A stretch of 64,000 nucleotides of DNA. Origin: Escherichia phage F2. The stretch lies in the sequence record NC_054913.1. One strand, 5' to 3'. The first letter of the stretch is position 1, and every line of letters begins with the position of its first letter. The notes under the pieces are model-generated. The model made no database searches and was not told where the DNA came from. It saw nothing but the letters and a program-made list of their open reading frames with translations. Made by a program: the position numbers and the translations under genes. This document shows, one piece after another, positions 45,854 through 56,059 of the stretch.

Positions 45854-46709
45854 TTACTGAATTCTCCAATGGTGTAAATTTATAATCACATTTTTTCAAT
45901 GCTTTTAAAATTGCGTTATAACTTACATCCGGTAGATTATGTTCAATTGCTTTTTCTCTAAACCATTTATATTTCTGCGGATGAGGTTTTCCCAAATCCT
46001 CCCAAAGTTTTTTGACTTTTTCAATACTAATCCAAGGTTCAACTGATCTTAGTTTTTTATTTCTAGTATCTAATCTTGATTTTCTTATTAAAGGATTATT
46101 CCAGGATTTTTTCGTTCCTTCTATTTTTCCTGGATGATTAATTAATTTGTTTCTATATTCATCGGATTTCCATAAAGATTTGACAGTATTAGAAATACGA
46201 ATTTTTAATGTGGGATCATTTTCAAAAGCAGTTTTCATCGCATTACTCATTTTCTTTCGATATTCCGATTCCGAACATCTAAGTTTATTAATTTTTGAAA
46301 TTTTTTCTGAAAATTCTTTTGTAGATTTTCCTTTTGCCAAAGCTTTAAGTTGAGTTTCTCGATACTCAGGATTAGACCACATTCGTTTTAAATCGTTTGA
46401 AGAAAATCCATCTCCACCGTCTTTTATATTAACACACTGGCCTGTTTTTCTATATTCAGATATCCAAAATTTTTCTCTTTCATTTAAAACATCGAGTGTT
46501 GAAACGAATTCGATAATTTCGAAATCTATAGCATAGCCTGGTTTGTTTTTAATCTTTTGTATATAATCCCCGCTTCCTACGTAATTATCATCCTCTAGAT
46601 TAAAATATCTGGATTCATGCTTTCCTATATATATTCGAACCAACCCCTTTGGGTTGGTTACTGTTGATTTATAAATGTAACGGAATTGTATGGTTTTGGA
46701 TTTCTTCAT
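45846..46709 (-). CDS. GIY-YIG homing endonuclease with NUMOD-like repeats (SegC-like position), 287 aa
   Basis: N-terminal FRYIYKSTVTN...VRIYIGKH; repeated motifs ending in W.NPEYR / WKSDEYR; late promoter TATAAATA (reverse complement) at 46725-46732. Confidence 0.8.
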   Translation of the reverse strand: MKKSKTIQFRYIYKSTVTNPKGLVRIYIGKHESRYFNLEDDNYVGSGDYIQKIKNKPGYAIDFEIIEFVSTLDVLNEREKFWISEYRKTGQCVNIKDGGDGFSSNDLKRMWSNPEYRETQLKALAKGKSTKEFSEKISKINKLRCSESEYRKKMSNAMKTAFENDPTLKIRISNTVKSLWKSDEYRNKLINHPGKIEGTKKSWNNPLIRKSRLDTRNKKLRSVEPWISIEKVKKLWEDLGKPHPQKYKWFREKAIEHNLPDVSYNAILKALKKCDYKFTPLENSVIG

Positions 46710-46727
46710 AATTTACCTCTGAATTAT

Positions 46728-48464
46728 TTATAACCCGACATCCACACGGCTACCATCAATTGTGTATTGACCAGATGAAATAGAACTCATAGATGCCATT
46801 GTTTCTGCCCAATCCCCGGCAACAGTCATATCAACATTACCATTAACAGTCCATTTAACGTTTCCGTTGACGGTGTAATCATGATTCCCTTCGACCTGAG
46901 TTTTAGCATCACCTTTAACAAGAATATCTGCATTTCCGTCAACAACTATTTTGATATTACCCTTAACGTAAAGAGTTCCATCGCCTTCAACAGTTTTAGA
47001 TTGGTTACCGCGAATAAAGATTGTGTCATTGCCATCTATTTGATGGAGGCGGTCTGCCATGTTATAATATATTTCATTAGCACCAACGTTAACAAGCTTA
47101 TCGCCAGAAATCAAGAAGTTCCCATCACCATTAGTGATGTCAAAAAGGTCTTCTACAGTTTTACGAGTACGACGCCCAGACGGAGAAACTTCCTCATATG
47201 ACCCTGTTGGATGAACTAAGCGATAACGTTCATTACCTGGAGTATCGTCAAATTCTTGGATATGGCCGCTTTCTGTTTCCATAGCATGAACGTATGGATA
47301 CTCACCACGATAACTTGATTCCGGTTCTTTAAAAAGGATACGTGAATCTAATGGAACAGGAGGACCAGCCGGGTCTTCTGGATCGGTATTTCTAGTAACT
47401 AAATCGGCACCAACTCCTGGTGAAGGCGGTGTTTTAACAGGAACGCCATATGATTCCATGTTACCAGTTAAAATAATTGTTGTTACACGTGAAGCACGCC
47501 CTTTAGTCTGTTGGAACCATAACGAATCGCGTCCAGATTTGTATGCAGTTTTCCAATCACCTGTGGCCATTGCTTTAAGCATAGTATTGAATTTTGCTAC
47601 ACCACCAACGCCCATCTGGAAGCACATGTTTTCTAATGCCATTTGGCGAGATCTGTTCATTTTAGCATAAACAGGACCTACTTTAGAATTAGAACGAATG
47701 TCTTTTTGCATCTTAGCAAGGTCCTTCTCAAATAACGCTGTTGCTTCTTCTAATGTAATAGTTCCCGGATTTCCTGTTACTTCACGCCCTACTTGATCAG
47801 ATAACAATTTATTAATTCGAGACATATCTCGGGTTTTTTCCATTACTATAAGGTGTCCAATACCTACTGTAGGATATCCGAGATGGTCCCAATACACTTT
47901 ATCACGAAGACCTTCGTCACGACGTAACATTTCTGTTATTGTAAAATTAGGGTCATCATCTTCTGGAATATTTGCTAAATCTGTATCGTCTGGGTTTATA
48001 CCATAATCCAAGTTGTTATCTTGAATTACGTTAGAGTTTGAATAATAACCAGCTTCGCCGCCTTGGTTTAATACGTTCGTATCATTACCTAAACGTCGCG
48101 GATACTGGCCTGTCGGGTCTGAAAAACCTTCAAGTCTATTAGGCTTTTCACGTACTATTCCGCCATATGTACCAAGTACAATCCCGTTTGTTTTCCATTT
48201 GTCTAAAAAATGACCATATACTCGAGTTCCTTCAACAGGACCTGTAACAGAACCACCAATACCTGACATTGATGCAGACGTAATAGGTTGAATAACAGTC
48301 ATCCATGGAAGTTTTTCTGTAGGAATACCTTGTACATCACCTTGTGTTCTCTGCGCCGGATGAAGACCAACGACTCGAACTCGAACTCGCCCTTGTTTTA
48401 ATGGGTCCATTCTATCCTCGACAACACCCACGAACCAATTAAGGCTACTGCTAATCATTTCCAT
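46728..48464 (-). CDS. 5: gp5 baseplate hub subunit with tail lysozyme domain, 578 aa
   Basis: N-terminal OB domain, central T4-lysozyme-like domain, C-terminal beta-helix repeats. Confidence 0.95.
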   Translation of the reverse strand: MEMISSSLNWFVGVVEDRMDPLKQGRVRVRVVGLHPAQRTQGDVQGIPTEKLPWMTVIQPITSASMSGIGGSVTGPVEGTRVYGHFLDKWKTNGIVLGTYGGIVREKPNRLEGFSDPTGQYPRRLGNDTNVLNQGGEAGYYSNSNVIQDNNLDYGINPDDTDLANIPEDDDPNFTITEMLRRDEGLRDKVYWDHLGYPTVGIGHLIVMEKTRDMSRINKLLSDQVGREVTGNPGTITLEEATALFEKDLAKMQKDIRSNSKVGPVYAKMNRSRQMALENMCFQMGVGGVAKFNTMLKAMATGDWKTAYKSGRDSLWFQQTKGRASRVTTIILTGNMESYGVPVKTPPSPGVGADLVTRNTDPEDPAGPPVPLDSRILFKEPESSYRGEYPYVHAMETESGHIQEFDDTPGNERYRLVHPTGSYEEVSPSGRRTRKTVEDLFDITNGDGNFLISGDKLVNVGANEIYYNMADRLHQIDGNDTIFIRGNQSKTVEGDGTLYVKGNIKIVVDGNADILVKGDAKTQVEGNHDYTVNGNVKWTVNGNVDMTVAGDWAETMASMSSISSGQYTIDGSRVDVGL

Positions 48465-49039
48465 TATGCAATCTCCATCTCACGAATCAAATCAGTAATA
48501 AACGAGTTTATATCTTCTTTTGCAACAATTTTTATTTTACGAAGTTTTTCATTATTTAATATTGCCGCTTCATAAGTATCTACTGCAGCTAAAGGTCCTT
48601 TATATTGCGGGTACTTACGAGCTTCATCACCTTTATCATACCACACTAAAGGCTCATCAGGATATGAAACTAAATTGTAAAATTTCTCACGGTTCTCGTT
48701 AATATGGTAAAGAATTTGGTCTCCACCAGCATTTGCATATTTCTGAATAGACGCTTGATACGCTGCTTCCTGAGATGTAATCCAACCATAATACGGATCA
48801 TAGTTATCATTACACATCAAAAGGACCCAGTATAATTGAGGGTTGCCATAAATTATGTTTGCTAGTTCTTCAGGACGTGGAGAGCCTTTAATGTAATAAG
48901 AACGTAATCTATAATTGGCAGCAACACGTTTAAAGTACTCTTTATAGTTACGAAATATGTCTGTCATAGGAATAGTAGGTGCATTCTTATCAACTGTTTT
49001 AGCACTATATCCTATTGGGTCGAAGAATGTAAATAACAA
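48464..49039 (-). CDS. 53: gp53 baseplate wedge protein, 191 aa
   Basis: Length and synteny. Confidence 0.85.
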   Translation of the reverse strand: MLFTFFDPIGYSAKTVDKNAPTIPMTDIFRNYKEYFKRVAANYRLRSYYIKGSPRPEELANIIYGNPQLYWVLLMCNDNYDPYYGWITSQEAAYQASIQKYANAGGDQILYHINENREKFYNLVSYPDEPLVWYDKGDEARKYPQYKGPLAAVDTYEAAILNNEKLRKIKIVAKEDINSFITDLIREMEIA

Positions 49040-49066
49040 AATAGTCTCCTTCCAATATGAAATTGG

Positions 49067-49089
49067 TATAAATAATAATACTATTTATA
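49067..49089. promoter_or_regulatory. divergent late promoters for gene 4 (plus) and gene 53 (minus)
   Basis: TATAAATA on the plus strand at 49067-49074 and reverse complement at 49082-49089. Confidence 0.65.
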
Positions 49090-49100
49090 AGGAGGACAAC

Positions 49101-49550
49101 ATGGCCTACTCTGGTAAATGGGTCCCGAAAAATTTAAAAAAATACCGTGGAGACCATACCAAAATAACGTATCGTTCAAACTGGGAAAAATTCTTTTTCG
49201 AATGGTTGGATAAAAATCCAGAAATTATTGCATGGGGCAGCGAAACGGCAGTAATTCCATATTTTTGTAATGCTGAAGGTAAGAAACGTCGATACTATAT
49301 GGACATATGGATGAAAGATGCATCAGGTCAAGAGTTCTTTGTAGAAATAAAACCAAAGAAAGAAACTCAGCCACCTATTAAGCCTGCAAATCTTACTACC
49401 GCAGCAAAGAAACGTTATATGAATGAAATATACACCTGGTCTGTGAACTGCGACAAATGGAAAGCTGCTTCTGCTGTCGCAGAAAAGAGAAATATAAAAT
49501 TTCGAGTTCTAACCGAAGACGGACTTAGGAAACTCGGATACAAGGGGTAA
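49101..49550 (+). CDS. 4: gp4 head completion protein, 149 aa
   Basis: ATG at 49101 with AGGAGG RBS; recognisably T4 gp4; the ORF track extends upstream. Confidence 0.9.
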   Translation: MAYSGKWVPKNLKKYRGDHTKITYRSNWEKFFFEWLDKNPEIIAWGSETAVIPYFCNAEGKKRRYYMDIWMKDASGQEFFVEIKPKKETQPPIKPANLTTAAKKRYMNEIYTWSVNCDKWKAASAVAEKRNIKFRVLTEDGLRKLGYKG

Positions 49551-49552
49551 TT

Positions 49553-50374
49553 ATGAGCATATTCCAAATTATATCTGAAGGCGTACAAGCCCCTAAGATT
49601 GCTCAGTCTATGAATGAAAGAAAATGGATTGAGATAGGATTAGAATACAAGAAAGCTAAAGAGAAAGGAATCACTGCAAAAGCATTTGCAGAATCAAAAG
49701 GAATAAAATACTCGTCGTTTACATCTGCAATGTCTAGATATGCATCATCTATTAAGACTGCACAGAAAATTGAAACACTTGAATCTAAACCTAAAAATAA
49801 ACTCAATAAGCAAGAACGTCAACTTCTGATGATAAACTCGTTTCGCAGTTCAATACGAGAAAAGATTAGAAATGAAGGCGCAGCAGTAAACAACAAATCA
49901 TCGAAGTGGTTTGTTGAAACAATTAAGAAAAGTGTAAAAGGTCATAAAGTAGTCAAGCCTACGCCAGGCAAAATTTATACTTACGTGTATGATGCTAAAC
50001 ATAAAGATACTCTGCCATACTGGGACCGATATCCTTTGATTATTTATTTAGGATTAGGTAAACATAATTTGATGTATGGGTTAAACTTGCACTATATCCC
50101 ACCTAAAGCACGACAACAGTTTCTTGAAGAATTGCTGAAGCAATATGCTAGCACAACTACTATTACTAATAACACAAAGTTGAAGATAGACTGGAGCAAG
50201 GTGAAAGGATTTCAAGGTGCTGACAAAATGATTAAAGCATACCTGCCAGGCCACATTAGAGGAACAATAACAGAAATCGCTCCTAAAGACTGGGCTAACA
50301 TAATCATGTTACCTACTCAGCAATTTATGTCAAAAGGAAAACGTTTCTCTGCGAATACTGTTTGGAAATCTTAA
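49553..50374 (+). CDS. 2: gp2 DNA end-protector protein, 273 aa
   Basis: Length and synteny. Confidence 0.85.
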   Translation: MSIFQIISEGVQAPKIAQSMNERKWIEIGLEYKKAKEKGITAKAFAESKGIKYSSFTSAMSRYASSIKTAQKIETLESKPKNKLNKQERQLLMINSFRSSIREKIRNEGAAVNNKSSKWFVETIKKSVKGHKVVKPTPGKIYTYVYDAKHKDTLPYWDRYPLIIYLGLGKHNLMYGLNLHYIPPKARQQFLEELLKQYASTTTITNNTKLKIDWSKVKGFQGADKMIKAYLPGHIRGTITEIAPKDWANIIMLPTQQFMSKGKRFSANTVWKS

Positions 50375-50476
50375 TTCTATTCTCTTCCGTTCTTCTGATA
50401 TTCTGTTGAACCAGATTAATGGAAGAGACCTAAAACCATTATACTGCATTTTTATTAAAGCGTTTTTGAGGTGCTT

Positions 50477-51061
50477 ATGACTCGTCCAACGAGACAGATT
50501 TTTAACCAAACAAATATAACAAACTTTGTTGTGGATATCCCGGATAGTACACGAACTTCAGGTTTTGTGCTCAATGCCCAAACGGCACCGTTGCCAGGTG
50601 TGAGAATTCCTGTTGTTGAAACCGTGACAGGCACAATGGGGTTAGGACGTGCAATGCGCGCAGGCACCACATTTGAATATGACCCTTTTGTTGTACGATT
50701 TATAGTTGATGAAGACATGACGTCCTGGATGAACATGTATAAATGGATGCTCAGCACTAATAACTATATAACCGGACATAATACGGCCCACTCCGATGGT
50801 CCTGAGTTTGTTACTTTGCACATTTTAAACAACAATAAGACCGAAGTAGTTTTGACGGCAAATTTCTATAAACCATGGATTTCTGATTTGAGTGAAATTG
50901 AATTTAGTTACACCGAAGACTCTGACCCTGCCGTTACGTGCGTAGCAACTATTCACTACGCGTATATGACGATAGAAAAGGATGGCGAAGTCATTGTATC
51001 TCAACAACCACGTCAAGCAGTCGAATCTAAATCCATTTCTAGACACCCTTCCTTGCGTTAA
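50477..51061 (+). CDS. 3: gp3 tail completion / tube terminator protein, 194 aa
   Basis: ATG at 50477 with GAGGTG RBS (the ORF track starts at GTG 50471); recognisably gp3. Confidence 0.85.
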   Translation: MTRPTRQIFNQTNITNFVVDIPDSTRTSGFVLNAQTAPLPGVRIPVVETVTGTMGLGRAMRAGTTFEYDPFVVRFIVDEDMTSWMNMYKWMLSTNNYITGHNTAHSDGPEFVTLHILNNNKTEVVLTANFYKPWISDLSEIEFSYTEDSDPAVTCVATIHYAYMTIEKDGEVIVSQQPRQAVESKSISRHPSLR

Positions 51062-51114
51062 TCGCTTCTAGCTCCGTATGTTATAATCACTCATAAATTA
51101 TATGAGGAAAACCT

Positions 51115-51849
51115 ATGGAGCTAATCTTTTTAAGCGGCATCAAACGTAGTGGTAAAGACACCACTGCCGATTACATCAATTCAAACTTTAAATCCGTAAA
51201 ATACCAATTGGCCTATCCGATTAAAGACGCCCTAGCAATAGCCTGGGGACGTAGACATGCCGAAAACCCTGATGTATTCACTGAGTTGAAATATGAATAC
51301 TTTGAAGGCATTGGATACGACCGTGAAACACCATTAAATCTCAATAAGTTGGATGTTATTGAATTATTGGAAGAAGCGCTAATTTATTTACAAAGTCAAT
51401 ATTTACCAATTAATAATGTTAAAGTATTATCATCATTAGAAGGTGGGTATTCATATCTAGATATTAAACCATATGAAGCCCTGCGTGAAGCTATAAATAA
51501 TATCAACGACACATGGTCAATCCGCCGTCTTATGCAAGCCCTCGGTACGGATGTTGTCGTTAATTTATTTGACCGTATGTATTGGGTTAAACTTTTTGCA
51601 TTAAACTATATGGATTATATTGGAAGTGATTTCGATTACTATGTTGTAACCGATACACGCCAAGTCCATGAAATGGAAACCGCTAGAGCGATGGGTGCTA
51701 CAGTTATTCATGTGGTTCGCTCTGGTACGGAATCCACTGATAAACATATTACAGAAGCTGGGTTGCCTATTGAAGAAGGCGATTTAGTTATTACAAACGA
51801 CGGCTCTTTAGAAGAGCTTTATTCTAAAATTGAAACAATCTTAAGGTAA
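51115..51849 (+). CDS. 1: gp1 deoxynucleoside monophosphate kinase, 244 aa
   Basis: P-loop GIKRSGKDT; recognisably T4 gp1; TGTTATAAT extended -10 upstream at 51079-51087. Confidence 0.9.
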   Translation: MELIFLSGIKRSGKDTTADYINSNFKSVKYQLAYPIKDALAIAWGRRHAENPDVFTELKYEYFEGIGYDRETPLNLNKLDVIELLEEALIYLQSQYLPINNVKVLSSLEGGYSYLDIKPYEALREAINNINDTWSIRRLMQALGTDVVVNLFDRMYWVKLFALNYMDYIGSDFDYYVVTDTRQVHEMETARAMGATVIHVVRSGTESTDKHITEAGLPIEEGDLVITNDGSLEELYSKIETILR

Positions 51850-51853
51850 TAAA

Positions 51854-52539
<686 letters not shown>

Positions 52540-52552
52540 TTTTCACAAAACA

Positions 52553-52588
52553 GTTTACATAAGGATGATGGTGTGTTACTATCATCCT
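52553..52588 (+). promoter_or_regulatory. early promoter with inverted repeat (PeSL-like)
   Basis: gtttac at 52553-52558, 18 nt, tactat at 52577-52582; arms aggatgat at 52562-52569 and atcatcct at 52581-52588. Confidence 0.6.
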
Positions 52589-52616
52589 ATCAAATAAACG
52601 ACCTCAAGGAAATAAA

Positions 52617-52904
52617 ATGAAAACCTATAAAGAATTTATATCACCTGTTGCTAACGTTTCTACTCTGACCGAAGCAACCCTTACTTCCGAAGTTATTAAA
52701 GCAAATAAAGGACGTGAGGGTAAACCAATGATTAGTCTGGTTGACGGCGAAGAAGTAAAAGGTACTGTTTACTTAGGGGATGGATGGTCTGCTAAGAAAG
52801 ATGGCGCTACTATTGTTATCTCTCCGGCTGAAGAGACTGCACTGTTTAAAGCTAAGCATATTTCTGTAGCTCAGCTTAAAATTATTGCAAAAACTCTTCT
52901 GTAA
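52617..52904 (+). CDS. internal protein with capsid-targeting leader (IpI-like), 95 aa
   Basis: N-terminus MKTYKEFIS resembles the T4 internal-protein capsid-targeting sequence MKTYQEFIAE; position after 57B as for T4 ipI. Confidence 0.7.
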   Translation: MKTYKEFISPVANVSTLTEATLTSEVIKANKGREGKPMISLVDGEEVKGTVYLGDGWSAKKDGATIVISPAEETALFKAKHISVAQLKIIAKTLL

Positions 52905-52908
52905 AGTA

Positions 52909-52946
52909 GTTTACATGCTGATAGGACTATGTTATAGTAGTCCTAT
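52909..52946 (+). promoter_or_regulatory. early promoter with inverted repeat (PeSL-like)
   Basis: gtttac at 52909-52914, 18 nt, tatagt at 52933-52938; arms ataggacta at 52921-52929 and tagtcctat at 52938-52946. Confidence 0.6.
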
Positions 52947-52975
52947 CAAATCAAATGAGTAAATGGAGAAATAAA

Positions 52976-53161
52976 ATGAAACGCGCTGAACTGATTCGTA
53001 ATGTTGCTGTAGTAATTGCTTCAATGGCTTTTAGTTTTTCGATGTTTGTAGGATTCATTTGTGGACTACTGACAACAACAGAAAATTCTATCTCATTGGT
53101 AGTAGCATTTCTAATCGGTTTAATCGCTATCGTTATGGATAAAATTTCTAAAGGTGAATAG
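52976..53161 (+). CDS. small membrane protein with two predicted transmembrane segments, 61 aa
   Basis: ATG at 52976 with GGAG RBS; two hydrophobic stretches. Confidence 0.55.
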   Translation: MKRAELIRNVAVVIASMAFSFSMFVGFICGLLTTTENSISLVVAFLIGLIAIVMDKISKGE

Positions 53162-53162
53162 A

Positions 53163-53537
53163 ATGTATAAAGTGTACGCGGATTATCAGGCTAATCCATC
53201 TGAAAAGCCAGATTGCCAAATTGGATGGGCTCATGATACCCTGCTTGAAGCAGTAGATGCTGCTCAAAAATTAGGATATAGTTATGTGGATATTGTTCAA
53301 CCTGGTGGAACAGTTATTACTCTTGAAGAGTTTAATAATATTAAACCAAACTTTTTACTTTTTGCAGGTGATAATTATTATCCTCGTGGTGGATATGCTG
53401 ATTTAATCGCGAAAGCCGCTACTGAAGATGAATTACGCCAAATTATTGAAGACAATAAATCAAAACGATTTGGCGATAGTTTTGACTGGTGGCAAATCGT
53501 AAATGCCCATACACATACTATTGTTGATAAAGGTTAA
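53163..53537 (+). CDS. hypothetical protein, about 125 aa
   Basis: ORF with AGGTGA RBS; no motif recognised. Confidence 0.55.
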   Translation: MYKVYADYQANPSEKPDCQIGWAHDTLLEAVDAAQKLGYSYVDIVQPGGTVITLEEFNNIKPNFLLFAGDNYYPRGGYADLIAKAATEDELRQIIEDNKSKRFGDSFDWWQIVNAHTHTIVDKG

Positions 53538-53539
53538 TA

Positions 53540-53830
53540 ATGATTCTTTATGCGAAAGTATCATCCATTGAAAATGGATATAAATATGATCAAGAAGCAG
53601 CTAAAGCCTTGATTGATGATTATGGCATTTTAACATGTTTTGAAGTTGAAAAGGTTTACATCGACCGTTCGTCTTCACAGGTTAAATTACTCTGTGAAGA
53701 TGATAAATTTAACACAGTTAACTTTGATTTCTTTATTGAAACAGAAAAAGGTCCTCTTGAATATGATATTTTCAAGAATCCTTTGAAATTACGTTGCATT
53801 GAATATAATTACATTAATACGGTACGGTGA
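53540..53830 (+). CDS. hypothetical protein, 96 aa
   Basis: Tightly packed ORF; no motif recognised. Confidence 0.5.
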   Translation: MILYAKVSSIENGYKYDQEAAKALIDDYGILTCFEVEKVYIDRSSSQVKLLCEDDKFNTVNFDFFIETEKGPLEYDIFKNPLKLRCIEYNYINTVR

Positions 53831-53834
53831 TTAA

Positions 53835-54350
53835 ATGAATATTTGTTTAGGCAGTACAATTCCTAAAGGTTATGTAATTGATGTCACTACTTGGGAAAAT
53901 GACGGTGACAACTATAAAACCAAAACATTATTTGGTGTAGAAGAGCATGAGCTCCAACAGTTTAAATATCTCTTGAAGAAATTTAAGAGTCGTCATTCTA
54001 GTACTAAAGCTGAACGTTACTGTGGTAATACACTATTCAGTGATTGCTCGCTTTTAATCTATGAATACTTGGTTGAAGGACTGTTCTCAGACCAGCTTTA
54101 TCCAGAATTCATTAAAAAGGTCTTTGATATTGAAGTCGACCTCGGTAATAAATCTGAAGAAGACGAATCACGTGTATTTGACCTGTTCCGTGAGAATGGA
54201 TATTTGGTATCAGAAGGTCTCACTGATATTCTTGGCCATGCTTCCGAATATTATGATTATGATTTCTTGCGTGTAGTTGAACGTGTCGAATTTGCTTATA
54301 TTGAAGAAGAAATCGTTTTGCCAACCGTTAAAATGATTGATTTGCTTTAA
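53835..54350 (+). CDS. hypothetical protein, 171 aa
   Basis: ORF with GGTGA RBS; no motif recognised. Confidence 0.55.
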   Translation: MNICLGSTIPKGYVIDVTTWENDGDNYKTKTLFGVEEHELQQFKYLLKKFKSRHSSTKAERYCGNTLFSDCSLLIYEYLVEGLFSDQLYPEFIKKVFDIEVDLGNKSEEDESRVFDLFRENGYLVSEGLTDILGHASEYYDYDFLRVVERVEFAYIEEEIVLPTVKMIDLL

Positions 54351-54429
54351 GAATTATGTGTTATTATTAATTCATACCCTCTATTACCAAAGGTGCTCTA
54401 AAGTGCCTTTCATAATAGAAAGTTATTTA

Positions 54430-54504
54430 GGCCCTGTAGCTCAATGGGAGAGCTGTCAGCTCATAACTGATAGGTAGCTGGATCGAAACCAGCCAGGGCC
54501 ACCA
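54430..54504 (+). tRNA. tRNA with CAU anticodon (Met, or Ile if lysidine-modified), CCA encoded
   Basis: Manual cloverleaf: 7-bp acceptor GGCCCTG/CAGGGCC, D stem GCTC/GAGC, anticodon loop CTCATAA, T arm GCTGG-ATCGAAA-CCAGC, ACCA 3' end. Confidence 0.8.
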
Positions 54505-54510
54505 AACAAA

Positions 54511-54582
54511 TGGTGCATCGTATAAAGGTTATTACGGGGAGCTGTTAACTCCTTTATCTTGGTTCGAGTCCAAGTGCGCCAG
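54511..54582 (+). tRNA. tRNA-Asn (GUU)
   Basis: Manual cloverleaf: acceptor TGGTGCA/TGCGCCA with one G-U pair, anticodon stem GGGAG/CTCCT, loop CTGTTAA, T arm CTTGG-TTCGAGT-CCAAG; no CCA encoded. Confidence 0.7.
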
Positions 54583-54627
54583 TAATTTAAACGAAGTAAA
54601 TTAAGTGCTCTATCCAAATAATAAATA

Positions 54628-54646
54628 CTCCTATATTTTATAGGAG
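54628..54646 (+). promoter_or_regulatory. hairpin that sequesters the Shine-Dalgarno sequence of the downstream endonuclease gene
   Basis: ctcctat-atttt-ataggag; the 3' arm contains AGGAG 10 nt upstream of the ATG at 54657. Confidence 0.5.
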
Positions 54647-54656
54647 ATAATTGGTA

Positions 54657-55322
54657 ATGAGCATTTGTAAACATTGTAATATGGAATTTGATATTTCTAA
54701 TAAACCTAAAGGATGGATGGCTAACCACACTAGATGGTGTAAATCCAACCCTAAATTGGAATTGTATAAAGAAAGTTCTAAATCAGCCATTGCAGCAATG
54801 AATAAAGCACGTATAGCTTCAGGTAATTTAAACCAGTATGTTGTATCTAAAAAGACTGGTGTCCCTGTAGTAATTTCGGAAGAGACTAGACAAAAATTGT
54901 CAGCCGCTTCATTAGGTAGAGAACACTCTGAGGAATCTAGAATAAAAATATCTAATGCTCGGAAAAAATGGTTGAATGAAAACCCTGATAAACATCCTTG
55001 GAAGAAAAATACAAAATTTAAATCTGTGCCTTGTGAATTTTTGAAATCTAAATTAATAGAAAACGGAATTTCATTTATTGAAGAATACCAACCGGTTAAA
55101 AACCGAGCGTATTGCACGGATATTGCTTTAATAGATAAAAAGATTATTATTGAAGTTAATGGAAACCAACATTACTCCAATCCTAAGAAAAAGATTTTGG
55201 CCCCTTATTATAAAGAACGCCATGATATTATAAAATCATTAGGATGGGAAATATATGAACTTCATTATGCTGAAGTTTATAAAGAAGATATTGTAAATAA
55301 TTTAATTGCCTCTATAGTGTAA
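54657..55322 (+). CDS. free-standing endonuclease, non-GIY-YIG: N-terminal Cys/His cluster, NUMOD3-like repeats, C-terminal PD-(D/E)xK-like (Vsr/DUF559-type) domain; 221 aa
   Basis: CKHC...HTRWC; repeats SEETRQKLSAASLG and SEESRIKISNARKKW; C-terminal IIIEVNGNQH...KERHDIIKSLGWEIYEL; lies between tRNA-Asn and tRNA-Arg, last 5 codons overlap tRNA-Arg. Confidence 0.6.
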   Translation: MSICKHCNMEFDISNKPKGWMANHTRWCKSNPKLELYKESSKSAIAAMNKARIASGNLNQYVVSKKTGVPVVISEETRQKLSAASLGREHSEESRIKISNARKKWLNENPDKHPWKKNTKFKSVPCEFLKSKLIENGISFIEEYQPVKNRAYCTDIALIDKKIIIEVNGNQHYSNPKKKILAPYYKERHDIIKSLGWEIYELHYAEVYKEDIVNNLIASIV

Positions 55323-55383
55323 TGGATAGCATATAATCGTTCTAAGGTTAATGGTGAGAGTTCAAATCTTTCTAGAGGCACCA
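55308..55383 (+). tRNA. tRNA-Arg (UCU), CCA encoded
   Basis: Manual cloverleaf: acceptor GCCTCTA/TAGAGGC, anticodon loop GTTCTAA, T arm GAGAG-TTCAAAT-CTTTC, ACCA 3' end; T4 also encodes tRNA-Arg(UCU). Confidence 0.75.
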
Positions 55384-55401
55384 ACTTTAAGTGAGGAAAA
55401 T

Positions 55402-55746
55402 ATGAAAGGCAATATTTATCTGGTAGTTCATGATTTAACGTTTTATTTTAACGAACATGATACAGTTATTTCAGACCGATTGATTAATTTGTTATACCAA
55501 CATGCAGATTACATCTATGTTCAAAATGAATTCGGACATTGGAAGTTCATTAAAAATCGTTCTGGGTTAACTAGTTTTGAATACTTTGACCGTAAAGACC
55601 TTTTAAACGAAATCCCATTGCAACATCGGTTCCAGAAACGCGAATCATTATATTATTGCCGCCATATACCAAACGCAGAATGCGTTAATGAAGCGATTAA
55701 TCTATGGCGTCAGCGTCGAGAGCAAATTGATGATATGTCAAAATAA
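55402..55746 (+). CDS. hypothetical protein, 114 aa
   Basis: ATG at 55402 with GAGGA RBS; the ORF track extends into the tRNA. Confidence 0.5.
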   Translation: MKGNIYLVVHDLTFYFNEHDTVISDRLINLLYQHADYIYVQNEFGHWKFIKNRSGLTSFEYFDRKDLLNEIPLQHRFQKRESLYYCRHIPNAECVNEAINLWRQRREQIDDMSK

Positions 55747-56057
55747 GAAGCCGGGTCGCTACCGGCAAGTCGTCGGACTGATGTTCCCTGCGTAAGGACT
55801 GGTCTTAATAAATCTTTACGATTTGTTAATATCCCCTTACATCACAGCAGAAACGGCGCACCGAATTATCGATTCGAGGAAATATCTTTGCCGTAAGCCG
55901 AGTAGCGTTTTTGACGGAACGTTCGGATATGGTCGAGATATGGCCTTTTAAAAATATTGAGTAGCGTCAACTACTTAATAACCGGGTTCGAATCCCGGCG
56001 TTTCGTACAAACACTTGCCTTAGCAGGTGGAACCCCTACAAGGTTGCCGCAAGGCTT
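55747..56057 (+). ncRNA. putative small stable RNA locus (T4 rnaC/rnaD-like), boundaries not resolved
   Basis: About 310 nt with no credible ORF, downstream of tRNA-Arg; T-arm-like CCGGG-TTCGAAT-CCCGG at 55982-55998; several short hairpins; ends at a strong terminator. Confidence 0.4.
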
Positions 56058-56059
56058 AG

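Noticed and set aside
50382-50427. 7-bp inverted repeat (ctcttcc ... ggaagag) with a 32-nt loop upstream of gene 3
   Set aside because: Long loop and no accompanying promoter or terminator features; could be chance in AT-rich sequence
54456-55117. Minus-strand ORFs of 90 and 159 aa overlapping the tRNA genes and the endonuclease gene
   Set aside because: They run antisense through well-supported tRNA cloverleaves and a motif-bearing plus-strand CDS
55982-56010. Possible fourth tRNA using the T-arm-like CCGGG-TTCGAAT-CCCGG
   Set aside because: No complementary 5' acceptor strand or anticodon arm could be built around it; treated as part of a stable RNA
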